Shown: positions 12,477-25,193 of the stretch, piece after piece | How positions within the stretch are numbered: the first letter of the stretch is position 1 | How the letters are laid out: each line of letters opens with the position of its first letter | NCBI GenBank assembly: GCA_965235115.1 | Contig: OZ249436.1 | Coordinates: forward strand, 6,884,001 to 6,944,000 | From: Laetmonice hystrix | Taxonomy: Eukaryota | Length of the DNA stretch: 60,000 nucleotides | Reading direction: 5' to 3' | Program-made: the position numbers and the translations under genes | Notes under the pieces: generated by a model | The model's input: only the letters and a program-made list of their open reading frames with translations | What the model was told of the DNA's origin: nothing | The model's database searches: none

Positions 12477-13660
12477 CCTAAAACTAAGATACACGTTCTA
12501 AAAGTGAGCCAGCCATGGCGGCATGTAGTGAACGTTACATTATGGTATACCTAAAACTATGATACGGTAGGTTCTAAACGTGAGCCAGCCATGGCGGCAT
12601 GTAGTGAACGTTACATTATGGTATACCTAAAACTATGATACAGTAGATTCTAAACGTGTGCCAGCCATGGCGGCATGTAGTGAACGTTATATGGTATACC
12701 TAAAACTATGATACAGTAGGTTCTAAACGTGAGCCAACCATGGCGGCATGTAGTGAACGTTACATTATGGTATACCTAAAACTACGATATAGTAGGTTCT
12801 AAACGTAGCCAACCATGGCAGCATGTAGTGAACGTTACATTATGGTATACCTAAAACTACGATAGAGTAGGTTCTAAACGTGAGCCATCCATGGCGGCAT
12901 GTAGTGAACGTTACATTATGGTATACCTAAAACTATGATATAGTAGGTTCTAAACGTAGCCAACCATGGCAGCATGTAGTGAACGTTACATTATGGTATA
13001 CCTAAAACTACGATAGAGTAGGTTCTAAACGTGAGCCAGCCATGGCGGCATGTAGTGAACGTTACATTATGGTATACCTAAAACTATGATACAGTAGGTT
13101 CTAAACGTGAGCCAGCCATGGCGGCATGTAGTGAACGTTACATTATGGTATACCTAAAACTATGATACGGTAGGTTCTAAACGTAAACCAGCCATGGCGG
13201 CATGTAGTGAACGTTACATTATGGTATACCTAAAACTATGATACGGTAGGTTCTAAACGTAAACCAGCCATGGCGGCATGTAGTGAACGTTACATTATGG
13301 TATACCTAAAACTATGATACGGTAGGTTCTAAACGTGAGCCAGCCATGGCGGCATGTAGTGAACGTTACATTATGGTATACCTAAAACTAAGATACGGTA
13401 AGTTCTAAACGTGAGCCAACCATGGCGGCATGTAGTGAACGTTACATTATGGTATACCTAAAACTACGATAGAGTAGGTTCTAAACGTGAGCCAGCCATG
13501 GCGGCATGTAGTGAACGTTACATTATGGTATACCTAAAACTACGATAGAGTAGGTTCTAAACGTGAGCCAACCATGGCGGCATGTAGTGAACGTTACATT
13601 ATGGTATACCTAAAACTATGATACGGTATGTTCTATACGTGAGCCAGCCATGGCAGCATG
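12477..13660. repeat. 76-bp minisatellite, about 15.5 units
   Basis: Unit AAAACTATGATACGGTAGGTTCTAAACGTGAGCCAGCCATGGCGGCATGTAGTGAACGTTACATTATGGTATACCT. Confidence 0.98.
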
Positions 13661-14175
13661 AAGGTTCACTGTCCCGAGTTTCCCGGTGACAACGGCAGGG
13701 ACTGAGGAAGGGGAGAGGGTCGTCGTATGTAAATGTCTGTCAGGGATGACCATCGGTCAGAGATCTATCAGAGCCATGATGTCCAGCGTGATGATCCATT
13801 GATCCCCTGGCGGGGTGTGAGGACCCGGCCTGCCCGGCCGGTGTCACCAGATTCCTTGATGATAAAGCCCGCCCCACCTCGGCCCACTGACAACCCTCAG
13901 CTCCGACACGTCATCCAGCGGATCTAGGCAACATATTCTACTTGTAAACCCATCATGTCATTTACATAAAGAAGTCAGCTCTCAGTCAAAACGCCCTTTG
14001 CTGGCATTTTCATGACAATCTATGAAAATCAACTTTCAGATTTTCGCGGACAAACCATAAAATAACTTTGACGTCAAGCACTCATTTTGTTGGACCCACC
14101 GTAATGAAGAACACGGATCTCCTTCACAGGGCTCGTCCCTTACGTTAGTACTGTGTGACCTGGCTCTACCCATTC

Positions 14176-15613
14176 AACGGTGGATCCCTCATGATAAGAC
14201 CCACCAAACCACTCTCCCAAACCCACCCCTACCCTCTAGTTCCGGTCCCAAGACCTCCCAAGAAAAGTTTAACCTAGGCCTAGCCTCTAGTCCCGGTCCT
14301 AAGACCTCCCAAGAAAAGTTTAACCTACCCCTAGCCTCTAGTTCCGGTCCCAAGACCTCCCAAGAAAAGTTTAACCCACCCCTAGCCTCTAGTTCCGGTC
14401 CTAAGACCTCCCAAGAAAGGTTTAACCCACCCCTAGCCTCTAGTTCCGGTCCTAAGACCTCCCAAGAAAAGTTTAACCCACCCCTAGCCTCTAGTCCCGG
14501 TCCTAAGACCTCCCAAGAAAAGTTTAACCCACCCCTAGCCTCTAGTCCCGGTCCCAAGACCTCCCAAGATAAGTTTAACCCACCCCTAGCCTCTAGTCCC
14601 GGTCCCAAGACCTCCCAAGAAAAGTTTAACCCACCCCTAGCCTCTAGTCCCGGTCCTAAGACCTCCCAAGAAAAGTTTAACCCACCCCTAGCCTCTAGTC
14701 CCGGTCCCAAGACCTCCCAAGAAAAGTTTAACCCACCCCTAGCCTCTAGTCCCGGTCCCAAAACCTCCCAAGAAAAGTTTAACCCACCCCTACCCTCTAG
14801 TCCCGGTCCTAAGACCTCCCAAGAAAAGTTTAACCCACCCCTAGCCTCTAGTCCCGGTCCCAAGACCTCCCAAGAAAAGTTTAACCCACCCCTAGCCTCT
14901 AGTCCCGGTCCCAAGACCTCCCAAGAAAAGTTTAACCTAGGCCTAGCCTCTAGTCCCGGTCCCAAGACCTCCCAAGAAAAGTTTAACCCACCCCTAGCCT
15001 CTAGTTCCGGTCCCAAGACCTCCCAAGAAAAGTTTAACCCACCCCTAGCCTCTAGTCCCGGTCCCAAGACCTCCCAAGAAAAGTTTAACCCACCCCTAGC
15101 CTCTAGTCCCGGTCCCAAGACCTCCCAAGAAAAGTTTAACCCACCCCTAGCCTCTAGTCCCGGTCCCAAGACCTCCCAAGAAAAGTTTAACCTAGGCCTA
15201 GCCTCTAGTCCCGGTCCTAAGACCTCCCAAGAAAAGTTTAACCCACCCCTAGCCTCTAGTCCCGGTCCCAAGACCTCCCAAGAAAAGTTTAACCTAGGCC
15301 TAGCCTCTAGTTCCGGTCCCAAGACCTCCCAAGAAAAGTTTAACCTAGGCCTAGCCTCTAGTTCCGGTCCCAAGACCTCCCAAGAAAAGTTTAACCTACC
15401 CCTAGCCTCTAGTTCCGGTCCCAAGACCTCACAAGAAATGTTTAACCTACCCCTAGCCTCTAGTCCCGGTCCCAAAACCTCCCAAGAAAAGTTTAACCCA
15501 CCCCTAGCCTCTAGTCCCGGTCCCAAGACTTCCCAAGTAAAGTTTAACCTACACCTATTAACCCTGCCCCTAATTATAATTTCATGGGTCGGTTACCAAG
15601 AGTAGCAGCCGTT
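14176..15613. mobile_element. Putative non-autonomous DNA element with imperfect terminal inverted repeats enclosing the 51-bp array
   Basis: Left end AACGGTGGATCCCTCATGATAAGACCCA (14176-14203) resembles the reverse complement of the right end, AACGGCTGCTACTCTTGGTAACCGACCCA (15585-15613). No clear TSD. Confidence 0.4.
14220..15551. repeat. 51-bp minisatellite, about 26 units
   Basis: Unit ACCCACCCCTAGCCTCTAGTCCCGGTCCCAAGACCTCCCAAGAAAAGTTTA. Its length is a multiple of 3, which explains the 445-aa periodic minus-strand ORF. Confidence 0.98.
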
Positions 15614-16292
15614 CCTGCTCATCGGACCTAATAGACCCATTAGGTTTACTGACCCTAAGCTCTCTCCAGCCAATCAGGACCTTCAGGATTAACTGGTTCA
15701 ACGTGATCTTAACTGGTGATCCTTAACTGTTGATCTTTAACCCTTTCATCGCACTCGTGATTCCTGTTCACTTTCTAGCCTAATTACAGCTATGTTTTCC
15801 ATGATAAAAATTCTGAGATTAATTTTACATCCCATAAGGAATTGGGAGGTGTTAAATTATTCATCAACTTGAGTTTTCAGTAAGGTGTTTGAACAAAAGG
15901 AATATTAACTCTGTACTTTTGTTATTACACGAATCATGGATTTTCACAATGGGGTCCATTTAGATAGTAGAGATGATAAAACAGATGGTTTCCCCCATAA
16001 ATTCTTACTCTTTAATCCATACAATCTCATCAATTAAACCACTTCAGTGCTTTTCCTGACACATGTGTTAAAGGGCCTTAAACCCCCTGAAACCCCCTGA
16101 ACCACTGATCAATCCAGGTTTCCCTGAACGCAAAACGTCAGCAAGTCGTCCATTGGTGCACAATATTTTCACAACCATTCACCGATATTATACTGATCCA
16201 TTTTTCCAAGCATCACCATCCCATAATTATGGACATTTTCTTGGCTATGTCAAGAATGCACACACGCCATAACCAGGTCTGCAGGTAATAAT

Positions 16293-17894
16293 CAGTCATG
16301 GCTGGTGCCTGCCATACACCAGTACTGATCCAGTCATGGCTGGTGCCAGCCATACACCAGTACTGATCCAGTCATGGCTGGTGCCAGCCATACACCAGGA
16401 CTGATCCAGTCATGGCTGGTGCCAGCCATACACAAGGACTGATCCAGTCATGGCTGGTGCCAGCCATACACCAGTACTGATCCAGTCATGGCTGGTGCCA
16501 GCCATACACCAGGACTGATCCAGTCAGGGCTGGTGCCAGCCATACACCAGGACTGATCCAGTCATGGCTGGTGCCAGCCATACACCAGGACTGATCCAGT
16601 CAGGGCTGGTGCCAGCCATACACCAGGACTGATCCAGTCATGGCTGGTGCCAGCCATACACCAGGACTGATCCAGTCATGGCTGGTGCCAGCCATACACC
16701 AGTAGTACTGATCCAGTCATGGCTGGTGCCAGCCATACACAAGGACTGATCCAGTCATGCCTGGTGCCAGCCATACACCAGTACTGAGCCAGTCATGGCT
16801 GGGGCCTGCCATACACCAGGACTGATCCAGTCATGGCTGGTGCCAGCCATACACCAGGACTGATCCAGTCATGGCTGGTGCCAGCCATACACCAGGACTG
16901 ATCCAGTCATGGCTGGTGCCAGCCATACACCAGGACTGATCCAGTCATGGCTGGTGCCTGCCATACACCAGTACTGATCCAGTCATGGCTGGTGCCAGCC
17001 ATACACCGGGACTGATCCAGTCATGGCTGGTGCCCGCCATACACCAGGACTGATCCAGTCATGGCTGGTGCCAGCCATACACCAGGACTGATCCAGTCAT
17101 GGCTGGTGCCAGCCATACACCAGTACTGATCCAGTCATGGCTGGTGCCAGCCATACACCAGGACTGATCCAGTCATGCCTGGTGCCAGCCATACACCAGT
17201 ACTGATCCAGTCATGGCTGGTGCCTGCCATACACCAGTACTGATCCAGTCATGGCTGGTGCCTGCCATACACCAGTACTGATCCAGTCATGGCTGGTGCC
17301 TGCCATACACCAGTACTGATCCAGTCATGGCTGGTGCCTGCCATACACCAGGACTGATCCAGTCATGGCTGGTGCCCGCCATACACCAGGACTGATCCAG
17401 TCATGGCTGGTCCCAGCCATACACCAGTACTGATCCAGTCATGGCTGGTGCCAGCCATACACCAGTACTGATCCAGTCATGGCTGGTCCCAGCCATACAC
17501 CAGTACTGATCCAGTCATGCCTGGTGCCAGCCATACACCAGTACTGATCCAGTCATGGCTGGTGCCTGCCATACACCAGTACTGATCCAGTCATGGCTGG
17601 TGCCAGCCATACGCCAGGACTGATCCAGTCATGGCTGGTCCCAGCCATACACCAGTACCGATCCAGTCATGGCTGGTGCCTGCCATACACCAGGACTGAT
17701 CCAGTCATGGCTGGTCCCAGCCATACACCAGACTTGAATTGACTTGACTTTGTTTGTGAACCGGGCCCAGGACTGATCCAGTCATGGCTGGTGCCAGCCA
17801 TACACCAGGACTGATCCAGTCATGGCTGGTGCCAGCCATACACCAGTACTGATCCAGTCATGGCTGGTGCCAGCCATACACAAGGACTGATCCA
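16293..17894. repeat. 38-bp hairpin-forming minisatellite, about 41 units, with one 35-bp interruption
   Basis: Unit CAGTCATGGCTGGTGCCAGCCATACACCAG(G/T)ACTGATC, containing the internal inverted repeat ATGGCTGG/CCAGCCAT. Confidence 0.98.
17732..17766 (-). mobile_element. Probable severely 5'-truncated non-LTR retroelement tail
   Basis: A 35-bp foreign insert flanked by duplicated CCAG. The minus strand reads GCCCGGTTCACAAACAAAGTCAAGTCAATTCAAGT, ending in a (TCAAG)n-like tail. Confidence 0.5.
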
Positions 17895-18348
17895 CCATAT
17901 CAACTGATATGTGATGCCCTCCCAGTCAGAAATATGCACGTGATAAGACCGTCGGCGTCACAAAAAGGAGTGTGACATCACACAATGAAATGCGTGCCCT
18001 TTACGAGAGGGTAAGGCCCAGCTATCAAAGGATACCTGAGCCGAAGGGTGCCCTCAAACAACCTGCACATGGGGTCCTTGATGCTAACATCAAGTAAACA
18101 GCACGGAAGGGGTGTGTAATATTTAGCGTTTCCGTGGTAGGCTACTGACGTCCAAATGTCACTCATAAGGCATAAATACACCATATATAAAATCAATATC
18201 TCATCAGATATTAATACTAACCTACACAATGGTGACAGATTAGACATGGTTGCAGATGTCTTGCCAAGAAAAGCAAGCCTCATAATAGCCATATCTTACC
18301 TGTATAGACCGATGGGAAGATATTATCTACCTGTCTCTGACATCACTA

Positions 18349-18362
18349 GTTGCTATGGTAAC
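18349..18362. promoter_or_regulatory. RFX X-box-like motif
   Basis: GTTGCTATGGTAAC fits the GTTRCYATGGYAAC consensus. A second partial site, GTAACCATGGAA, follows at 18369. Motif match only. Confidence 0.3.
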
Positions 18363-18936
18363 CTGGTAGTAACCATGGAATCGAGTGACATGCTGCCGTC
18401 GACCTTCCCATGATGGTATTGTCAGGCTGATGAGACTTGCATGCATTGCGGTACCTGATGTATGTGATATTGAAAATGTTCAGCGGGAGATCAGTTCATG
18501 TTACACGGCCAATATGGCCGCCGGCACTTAACCGCAAAAACTGCCGATTCATGCCACGCCGCCGATTTCTATGACTGTGCCTGCATTGTATGGTGTGTTG
18601 CCTGTATGAACGATTGGAGGACTACCTGCACTGATAGCATTACCTGACAAATGTGATTGATTCGATCACTATGAACTCACAATCACATAGAGTCAGAAAG
18701 ACGTCAATACCTTGATATATGGACTGACAATGTTTGGCTTTAACAGGAGCAAACCGTCCATATCTGTCAATACAATATATATAAAACTGCCAGGTACATA
18801 AATACTTCATCTCATCGTGAAGGGCCTAAAAGGCCATAAATATATCAGGTGGAAATGAACAGAGTTGCTTCCAATAGCGCCCTTCATCAGTGGTCCACAT
18901 ACCAGGCAAGGCGATGGGCACACTGCTAAATACGGA

Positions 18937-19001
18937 CCTGAGAACTCTTAGCGTCAGACGCTATATATGGTCCTGAGAACTCTTAGCGTCAGACGCTATA
19001 T
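18937..19001. repeat. 35-bp two-copy tandem duplication
   Basis: CCTGAGAACTCTTAGCGTCAGACGCTATAT at 18937 and 18972. Confidence 0.93.
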
Positions 19002-21799
19002 GATCCATTAATTAACGGGTAGAATCTCATTAAACGTCCTAACAACTCTTGCCTTCAGTTAAAAGATCCAGATTTAGTACGAAACAGTTCTCGGATTTAT
19101 TCTGCTTACTCTAATCGATGTCCATCACTGTGGACAACTATGGTTTACCGTAACAACAAAAACGAAATCACGCGACCCTAAACTTTGATAGAACCTTTCC
19201 AGGTTCTGAAAATACCAACGTTACCATTGCTACATATACCTAAACAGAAGAGGGGGTACTGTTATCTAAGCGTAGTCAAATGGGGCACCTAGTTATCAAA
19301 AGGGCCTTTTCTAGAATGACCGGGGGGGTGGGGGGACTACTCCTTGGCGCAACCCTGGTTAGAGAGGTCTGAAGATATTTTCTGAAGATGTATCAAAACG
19401 TCAGGCAGTTCTAGTACCAGTGCTAGGCAGCCCTGTGATCTCTGTAGTCCGTTGTCATAGTGATCTGAATATATACTCAACACCTATGTACACAGAAAGA
19501 TGGTCGGTGACATGGATGAGTGTCCAGGACAAGTTTATGGCGATCGTCCAGTGGTCAGTCTGGCCAGTGTCCATGGAAGGCCTCTTATCCAGACAACTGA
19601 CCACTGAGAAGATTTATTGCAGATCTGTAGGTACATGTACTTGTCCAAGGTCCAAATACTCCGCGGCAATTTCTTTTTGGGCGGCCTTGTGACCTTTGCT
19701 TATTTATCTTTGGTCAAATTGTTTATTATATACTTTCTGTCGATTACTCGGAAACCTTTCATATCGTATTCACTGTTGAATGAAGGCTTTCACCATGAAC
19801 ACAGCCAACGAGTGATTCGCCAAGAGTGTATGTACAAGGCATCTTTCTCCCAGCCAAGGGCACCCGTACCGCCACCTAGCGTGAAATTATGCTGGCAGGA
19901 CCCTACTGAAGGTGTTACAGTGACCTTTTGCACATCACTCCGAGACCAACTTGACAGATGAGGGTTAATTATGAGGAGAATATACGTGTAAATCAGCCTA
20001 ATCAAGAGCTCATACAGACTCATAATGATATACCCCAGGAGTTTGTATTTATCAATGATTACCTACAAAAACAGAACAGTGAATACGACGGACTGATTAT
20101 ACGCACCCCAGGCCCTCAGGGATAGCGGGTGGGGGTAGGTCATAAATAACAACTGATAGTCTTATATGTTTTATCTTGTTTCGTCTAACCCAGCATTACT
20201 TACATATTACCCCACGGACAATGTTCTCCATTCATATTATCTGAGTGTGAAAACGGTTTTTCTATTTCATGTCTGCCGGACACAAATTCTCATTCGTGTT
20301 GGGGGATAAAGATAATAGGCAATAATGATAATTTTAGATTGGGGAACCACCTGCTATGCGGGACCAGTAAATAACAACATACTGTTGTAAAGTTTAATCC
20401 CGTATTCTACGTAAATCAATGCCGACCTCTCTGCTTTACTATAGCAATGGATTAGTCTAGTCAACGGTAAGACGTTAATAACGTCTTTCTCAATGATAGA
20501 ATACCGGGAGGCCGTTTCAAATGAGGATTTAAACCCACAAGTTCGACCATTCTATGTGTCCCCATTCTTCACATTTCCCCCTAGTCTTTAAACCTAGCAT
20601 TACCAAATCTTCTGAATAGAAAACACGTAAGATAGCATCTGAGCATGCTCACCAGGGACTGCCCTGAGCCCCTGTGTGCCCTGCTGGGGCCGTGCACTCA
20701 GAGATAGCGAGTATGGGTATAACACTAAACAGGTTACCTCAGTCAGCACACTGAATTCAACTAAAATATGAGTAGTAATCATAGAATTCAAGGAGTTTAA
20801 TGAGAATCATTCCTGCATCTAATGTCGTGAATTTTACTAATTAAACCGTCACCAAATTATGCATGCATTTACAATATTCTCAGTTTTAACTATCAGAAGA
20901 TCACCTCATAGGAAAATTCTCTGTTTGACGCAGTTTACTCGAAATTAGACGGACCCTGCGGTAAGGGTTATTCAAGACCATCTTTTGATGCTCATGGGGG
21001 TATGACCGATATTATCTGTGACCGAGGAAAATTTTGTCGACTCCTTGCCTTGTACTATTTTCTACAGTTGGCATTCACTTACAGTGCATCTAGACGGATA
21101 TATGCAAGTTTGTCATGTCAACAGGTCGCATCTTACCCCCCCCCCTTCTTACTCTACATACCAAAACTTCCTAAGCTAATAAACCAGTAACCAACCCCCC
21201 CCCCCCAAGTTGCAAGAATTTTTGAAACAGAATCTTGCCTCTGCCACTCGGAATCTGGCAAAGAGTTTTTTTCAATGAAAATTACCAAGCGAAAACCTCC
21301 GTGCTTTGCAAGCAGAGCGAGTCAAAATAAAGTTGTTCCTTTTATCTGCTGAAGTCCAGAAGTCTTGCTCAGAGGCAGAGCCTGATGCTATCTCACAATG
21401 CTAATGATTGGAGAGATAGTGTTTCGATGGGTGCCGGTCTCAGCCAGCCAACCCCAAGACCCTTCCGTTTGAAGCAGCAACATGAAGAGACAACGTATCA
21501 GACCTCATCAATATTTCAACTGATCAGACACTCGGTAAAAGCTCCATCAGGTCCCTGTATCCATTTGCTTTGACACTTGATGAGCCAAAAATAGAGGTTT
21601 CTTATTCAAAGCAGAGCGCTAACAGCAGGGACTTGCCCTAACAATAATGTTCCCATGAGAAGAAGGGAGGGAGTTATGTGTGGTAATTATTAATGAACAA
21701 TTTCAAGGTTTCATCAATGTTTCATCTCTGCGTTATATATATGCTGTTATTGGTCAGATATCGTTGGTCCTCAGAGGCGAGAATTTAGGGTAGACGGAG

Positions 21800-24743
21800 G
21801 TCATGGAGGGGGAGGTTGGGGGGTGTCGGGGAGGGGGAGGTTGGGGGGTGTCGGGGAGGGGGAGGTTGGGGGGTGTCGGGGAGGGGGAGGTTGGGGGGGT
21901 GTCGTGGAGGGGGAGGTTGGGGGGTGTCGTGGAGGGGGGGGGTGTCGTGGAGGGGGAGGGGGAGAGTGTCGTGGAGGGGGAGGGTGGGGGTTGTCGGGGA
22001 GGGGGAGGTTGGGGGGTGTCGTGGAGGGGAGGGTGGGGGTGCCGGGGAGGGGGAGGTTGGGGGGGTGTCGTGGAGGGGGAGGTTGGGGGGGGTGTCGTGG
22101 AGGGGGAGGTTGGGGGTGTCGGGGAGGGGGAGGTTGGGGGGTGTCGGGGAGGGGGAGGTTGGGGGGTGTCGTGGAGGGGGAGGTTTGCGGGTGTCGTGGA
22201 GGGGGAGGTTGGGGGTGTCGGGGAGGGGGAGGTTTGGGGGCGTCGGGGAGGGGGAGGGTGGGGGTGTCGGGGAGGGGGAGGTTGGGGGGTGTCGTGGAGG
22301 GGGAGGTTTGCGGGTGTCGTGGAGGGGGAGGTTGGGGGTGTCGGGGAGGGGGAGGTTGGGGGGTGTCGGGGAGGGGGAGGGTGGGGGGTGTCGGGGAGGG
22401 GGGGGGGTGTCGTGGAGGGGATGGTGGGGGTGTCGGGGAGGGGGAGGTTGGGGGGTGTCGGGGAGGGGGAGGTTGGGGGGTGTCGGGGAGGGGGAGGTTG
22501 GGGGGTGTCGTGGAGGGGGAGGTTGGGGGGTGTCGGGGAGGGGGAGGTTGGGGGGTGTCGTGGAGGGCGAGGTTGGGGGGTGTCGGGGAGGGGGAGGTTG
22601 GGGGGTGTCGTGGAGGGGGAGGTTGGGGGGTGTCGTGGAGGGGGAGGTTGGCAGGGTGTCGGGGAGGGGGAGGGTGGGGGGTGTCGGGGAGGGGGAGTTG
22701 GGGGGTGTCGTGGAGGGGGAGGTTGGCAGGGTGTCGTGGAGGGGGAGGTTGGGGGGGGGGGGTGTCGTGGAGGGGGAGGTTGGGGGGGGGGGGTGTCGTG
22801 GAGGGGGAGGTTGGGGGGTGTCGGGGAAGGGGAGGTTGGGGGGTGTCGTGGAGGGGGAGGTTGGGGGTGTCGGGGAGGGCGAGGTTGGGGGGTGTCGTGG
22901 AGGGGGAGGTTGGGGGGTGTCGTGGAGGGGGAGGTTGGGGGGTGTCGGGGAGGGGGAGGTTGGGGGGTGTCGTGGAGGGCGAGGTTGGGGGGTGTCGGGG
23001 AGGGGGAGGTTGGGGGGTGTCGTGGAGGGGGAGGTTGGGGGGTGTCGTGGAGGGGGAGGTTGGCAGGGTGTCGGGGAGGGGGAGGGTGGGGGGTGTCGGG
23101 GAGGGGGAGTTGGGGGGTGTCGTGGAGGGGGAGGTTGGCAGGGTGTCGTGGAGGGGGAGGTTGGGGGGGGGTGTCGTGGAGGGGGAGGTTGGGGGGGGGG
23201 GTGTCGTGGAGGGGGAGGTTGGGGGGTGTCGGGGAAGGGGAGGTTGGGGGGTGTCGTGGAGGGGGAGGTTGGGGGTGTCGGGGAGGGCGAGGTTGGGGGG
23301 TGTCGTGGAGGGGGAGGTTGGGGGGTGTCGTGGAGGGGGAGGTTGGGGGGTGTCGTGGAGGGGGAGGTTGGGGGGTGTCGGGGAAGGGGGAGGTTGGGGG
23401 GTGTCGTGGAGGGGGAGGTTGGGGGGTGTCGTGGAGGGGGAGGTTGGGGGGTGTCGGGGAGGGGGGGGTTGGGGGTGTCCTGGAGGGGGAGGTTGGCAGG
23501 TGTCGTGGAGGGGGAGGTTGGGGGGTGTCGGGGAGGGGGAGGTTGGGGGGTGTCGTGGAGGGGGAGGTTGGGGGGTGTCGTGGAGGGGGAGGTTGGGGGT
23601 GTCGTGGAGGGGGAGGTTGGGGGTGTCGGGGAGGGCGAGGTTGGGGGGTGTCGTGGAGGGGGAGTTGGGGGGTGTCGTGGAGGGGGAGGTTGGCAGGGTG
23701 TCGTGGAGGGGGAGGTTGGGGGGGGGTGTCGTGGAGGGGGAGGTTGGGGGGTGTCGGGGAAGGGGAGGTTGGGGGGTGTCGTGGAGGGGGAGGTTGGGGG
23801 TGTCGGGGAGGGCGAGGTTGGGGGTGTCGTGGAGGGGGAGGTTGGGGGGTGTCGTGGAGGGGGAGGTTGGGGGGTGTCGTGGAGGGGGAGGTTGGGGGGT
23901 GTCGTGGAGGGGGAGGTTGGGGGGTGTCGGGGAGGGGGAGGTTGGGGGGTGTTGTGGAGGGCGAGGTTGGGGGGTGTCGTGGAGGGCGAGGTTGGGGGGT
24001 GTCGTGGAGGGGGAGGTTGGGGGTGTCGGGGAGGGGGAGGTTGGGGGGTGTCGTGGAGGGCGAGGTTGGGGGGTGTCGGGGAGGGGGAGGTTGGGGGGTG
24101 TCGTGGAGGGGGAGGTTGGGGGGTGTCGTGGAGGGGGAGGTTGGCAGGGTGTCGTGGAGGGGGAGGTTGGGGGGGGTGTCGTGGAGGGGGAGGTTGGGGG
24201 GTGTCGGGGAAGGGGAGGTTGGGGGGTGTCGGGGAAGGGGAGGTTGGGGGTGTCGGGGAGGGCGAGGTTGGGGGGTGTCGTGGAGGGGGAGTTGGGGGGT
24301 GTCGTGGAGGGGGAGGTTGGCAGGGTGTCGTGGAGGGGGAGGTTGGGGGGGTGTCGTGGAGGGGGAGGTTGGGGGGTGTCGTGGAGGGGGAGGTTGGGGG
24401 GTGTCGTGGAGGGGGAGGTTGGGGGTGTCGTGGAGGGGGAGGTTGGCAGGGTGTCGTGGAGGGGGAGGTTGGGGGGGGTGTCGTGGAGGGGGAGGTTGGG
24501 GGGTGTCGGGGAGGGGGAGGTTGGGGGGTGTCGTGGAGGGGGAGGTTGGGGGGTGTCGTGGAGGGGGAGGTTGGGGGGTGTCGGGGAGGGGGAGGTTGGG
24601 GGGTGTCGGAGAGGGGGAGGTTGGGGGTGTCGGGGAGGGGGAGGTTGGGGGGTGTCGGGGAGGGGGAGGTTGGGGGGTGTCGGGGAGGGGGAGGTTGGGG
24701 GGTGTCGGGGAGGGGGGGGGTTGGGGGGGGGGGGTGTCGGGGA
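21800..24743. repeat. G-rich minisatellite (unit about 25 bp, more than 100 units, 2.9 kb), G-quadruplex-prone
   Basis: Unit GTCG(T/G)GGAGGGGGAGGTTGGGGGGT with variable G-run lengths and an extreme G-versus-C strand skew. Confidence 0.98.
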
Positions 24744-24792
24744 CAACGAATCTTTCACCCGTGTCTATACCGACCACCAAGGCCACACTTAA

Positions 24793-25155
24793 AGGTCCAG
24801 AAAAAGAACGACGAAATTTAATTGCCCCCTACCAGTATGAATCAGCCTATCTGGAATCTGGAGTTCAAACAATCACCAATAATCAACTAAAAAAGTCTCA
24901 CCAACGCCAGACAACGGGGGAATCCCCTCCAATGGGCGCGGGGATTCCCCGGAAGTAGTAGTATGAATTATGGGAAATCGCCAGACGTCATTACCATCGG
25001 CGCGCTGGTTCGAAATGTAAACTCTTTCGACATTTTCTCACATACAACTGTACTTGTCTGTGCATGATCATCATATTTATACATCATATAACTAGGATTG
25101 AAAGGTACTTTATATCACGTCCCTGACCTCGTCGTAATATCCTTTATCTGGACCT
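24793..25155. mobile_element. Kolobok-like MITE (363 bp) with TTAA TSD
   Basis: TTAA|AGGTCCAGAAAAAG ... CTTTATCTGGACCT|TTAA. The TIRs match at 13 of 14 positions. A TTAA duplication with AG termini is typical of Kolobok rather than piggyBac (CC termini). Confidence 0.8.
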
Positions 25156-25193
25156 TTAAAGACTATTCCCCCATTCCCACAAAGTTGGCCCGG

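Noticed and set aside
14189..15526. 445-aa ORF with a 17-aa periodic repeat
   Set aside because: It coincides exactly with the 51-bp array, has a non-ATG start, no unique domain and no splice evidence.
15737..16081. piggyBac-like MITE (TTAACCCTTT ... AAAGGG)
   Set aside because: Only about 6 bp of inverted match, and the right TTAA is not adjacent to the end.
16293..17894. CRISPR-like palindromic repeats of 32-38 bp (also 8064-9033 and 9769-10234)
   Set aside because: Units are contiguous with no unique spacers, there are no cas genes, and the context is eukaryotic.
19369..19406. Penelope-type hammerhead remnant CTGAAGA...AAAACGTC
   Set aside because: GAAA is replaced by AAAA and no stem I pairing exists.
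21754..24958. About 1000-aa Pro-rich and Gly-rich ORFs resembling extensin or mucin
   Set aside because: They are open in five frames, and the 25-bp unit with variable G-runs shifts frame constantly. This is a low-complexity artefact.
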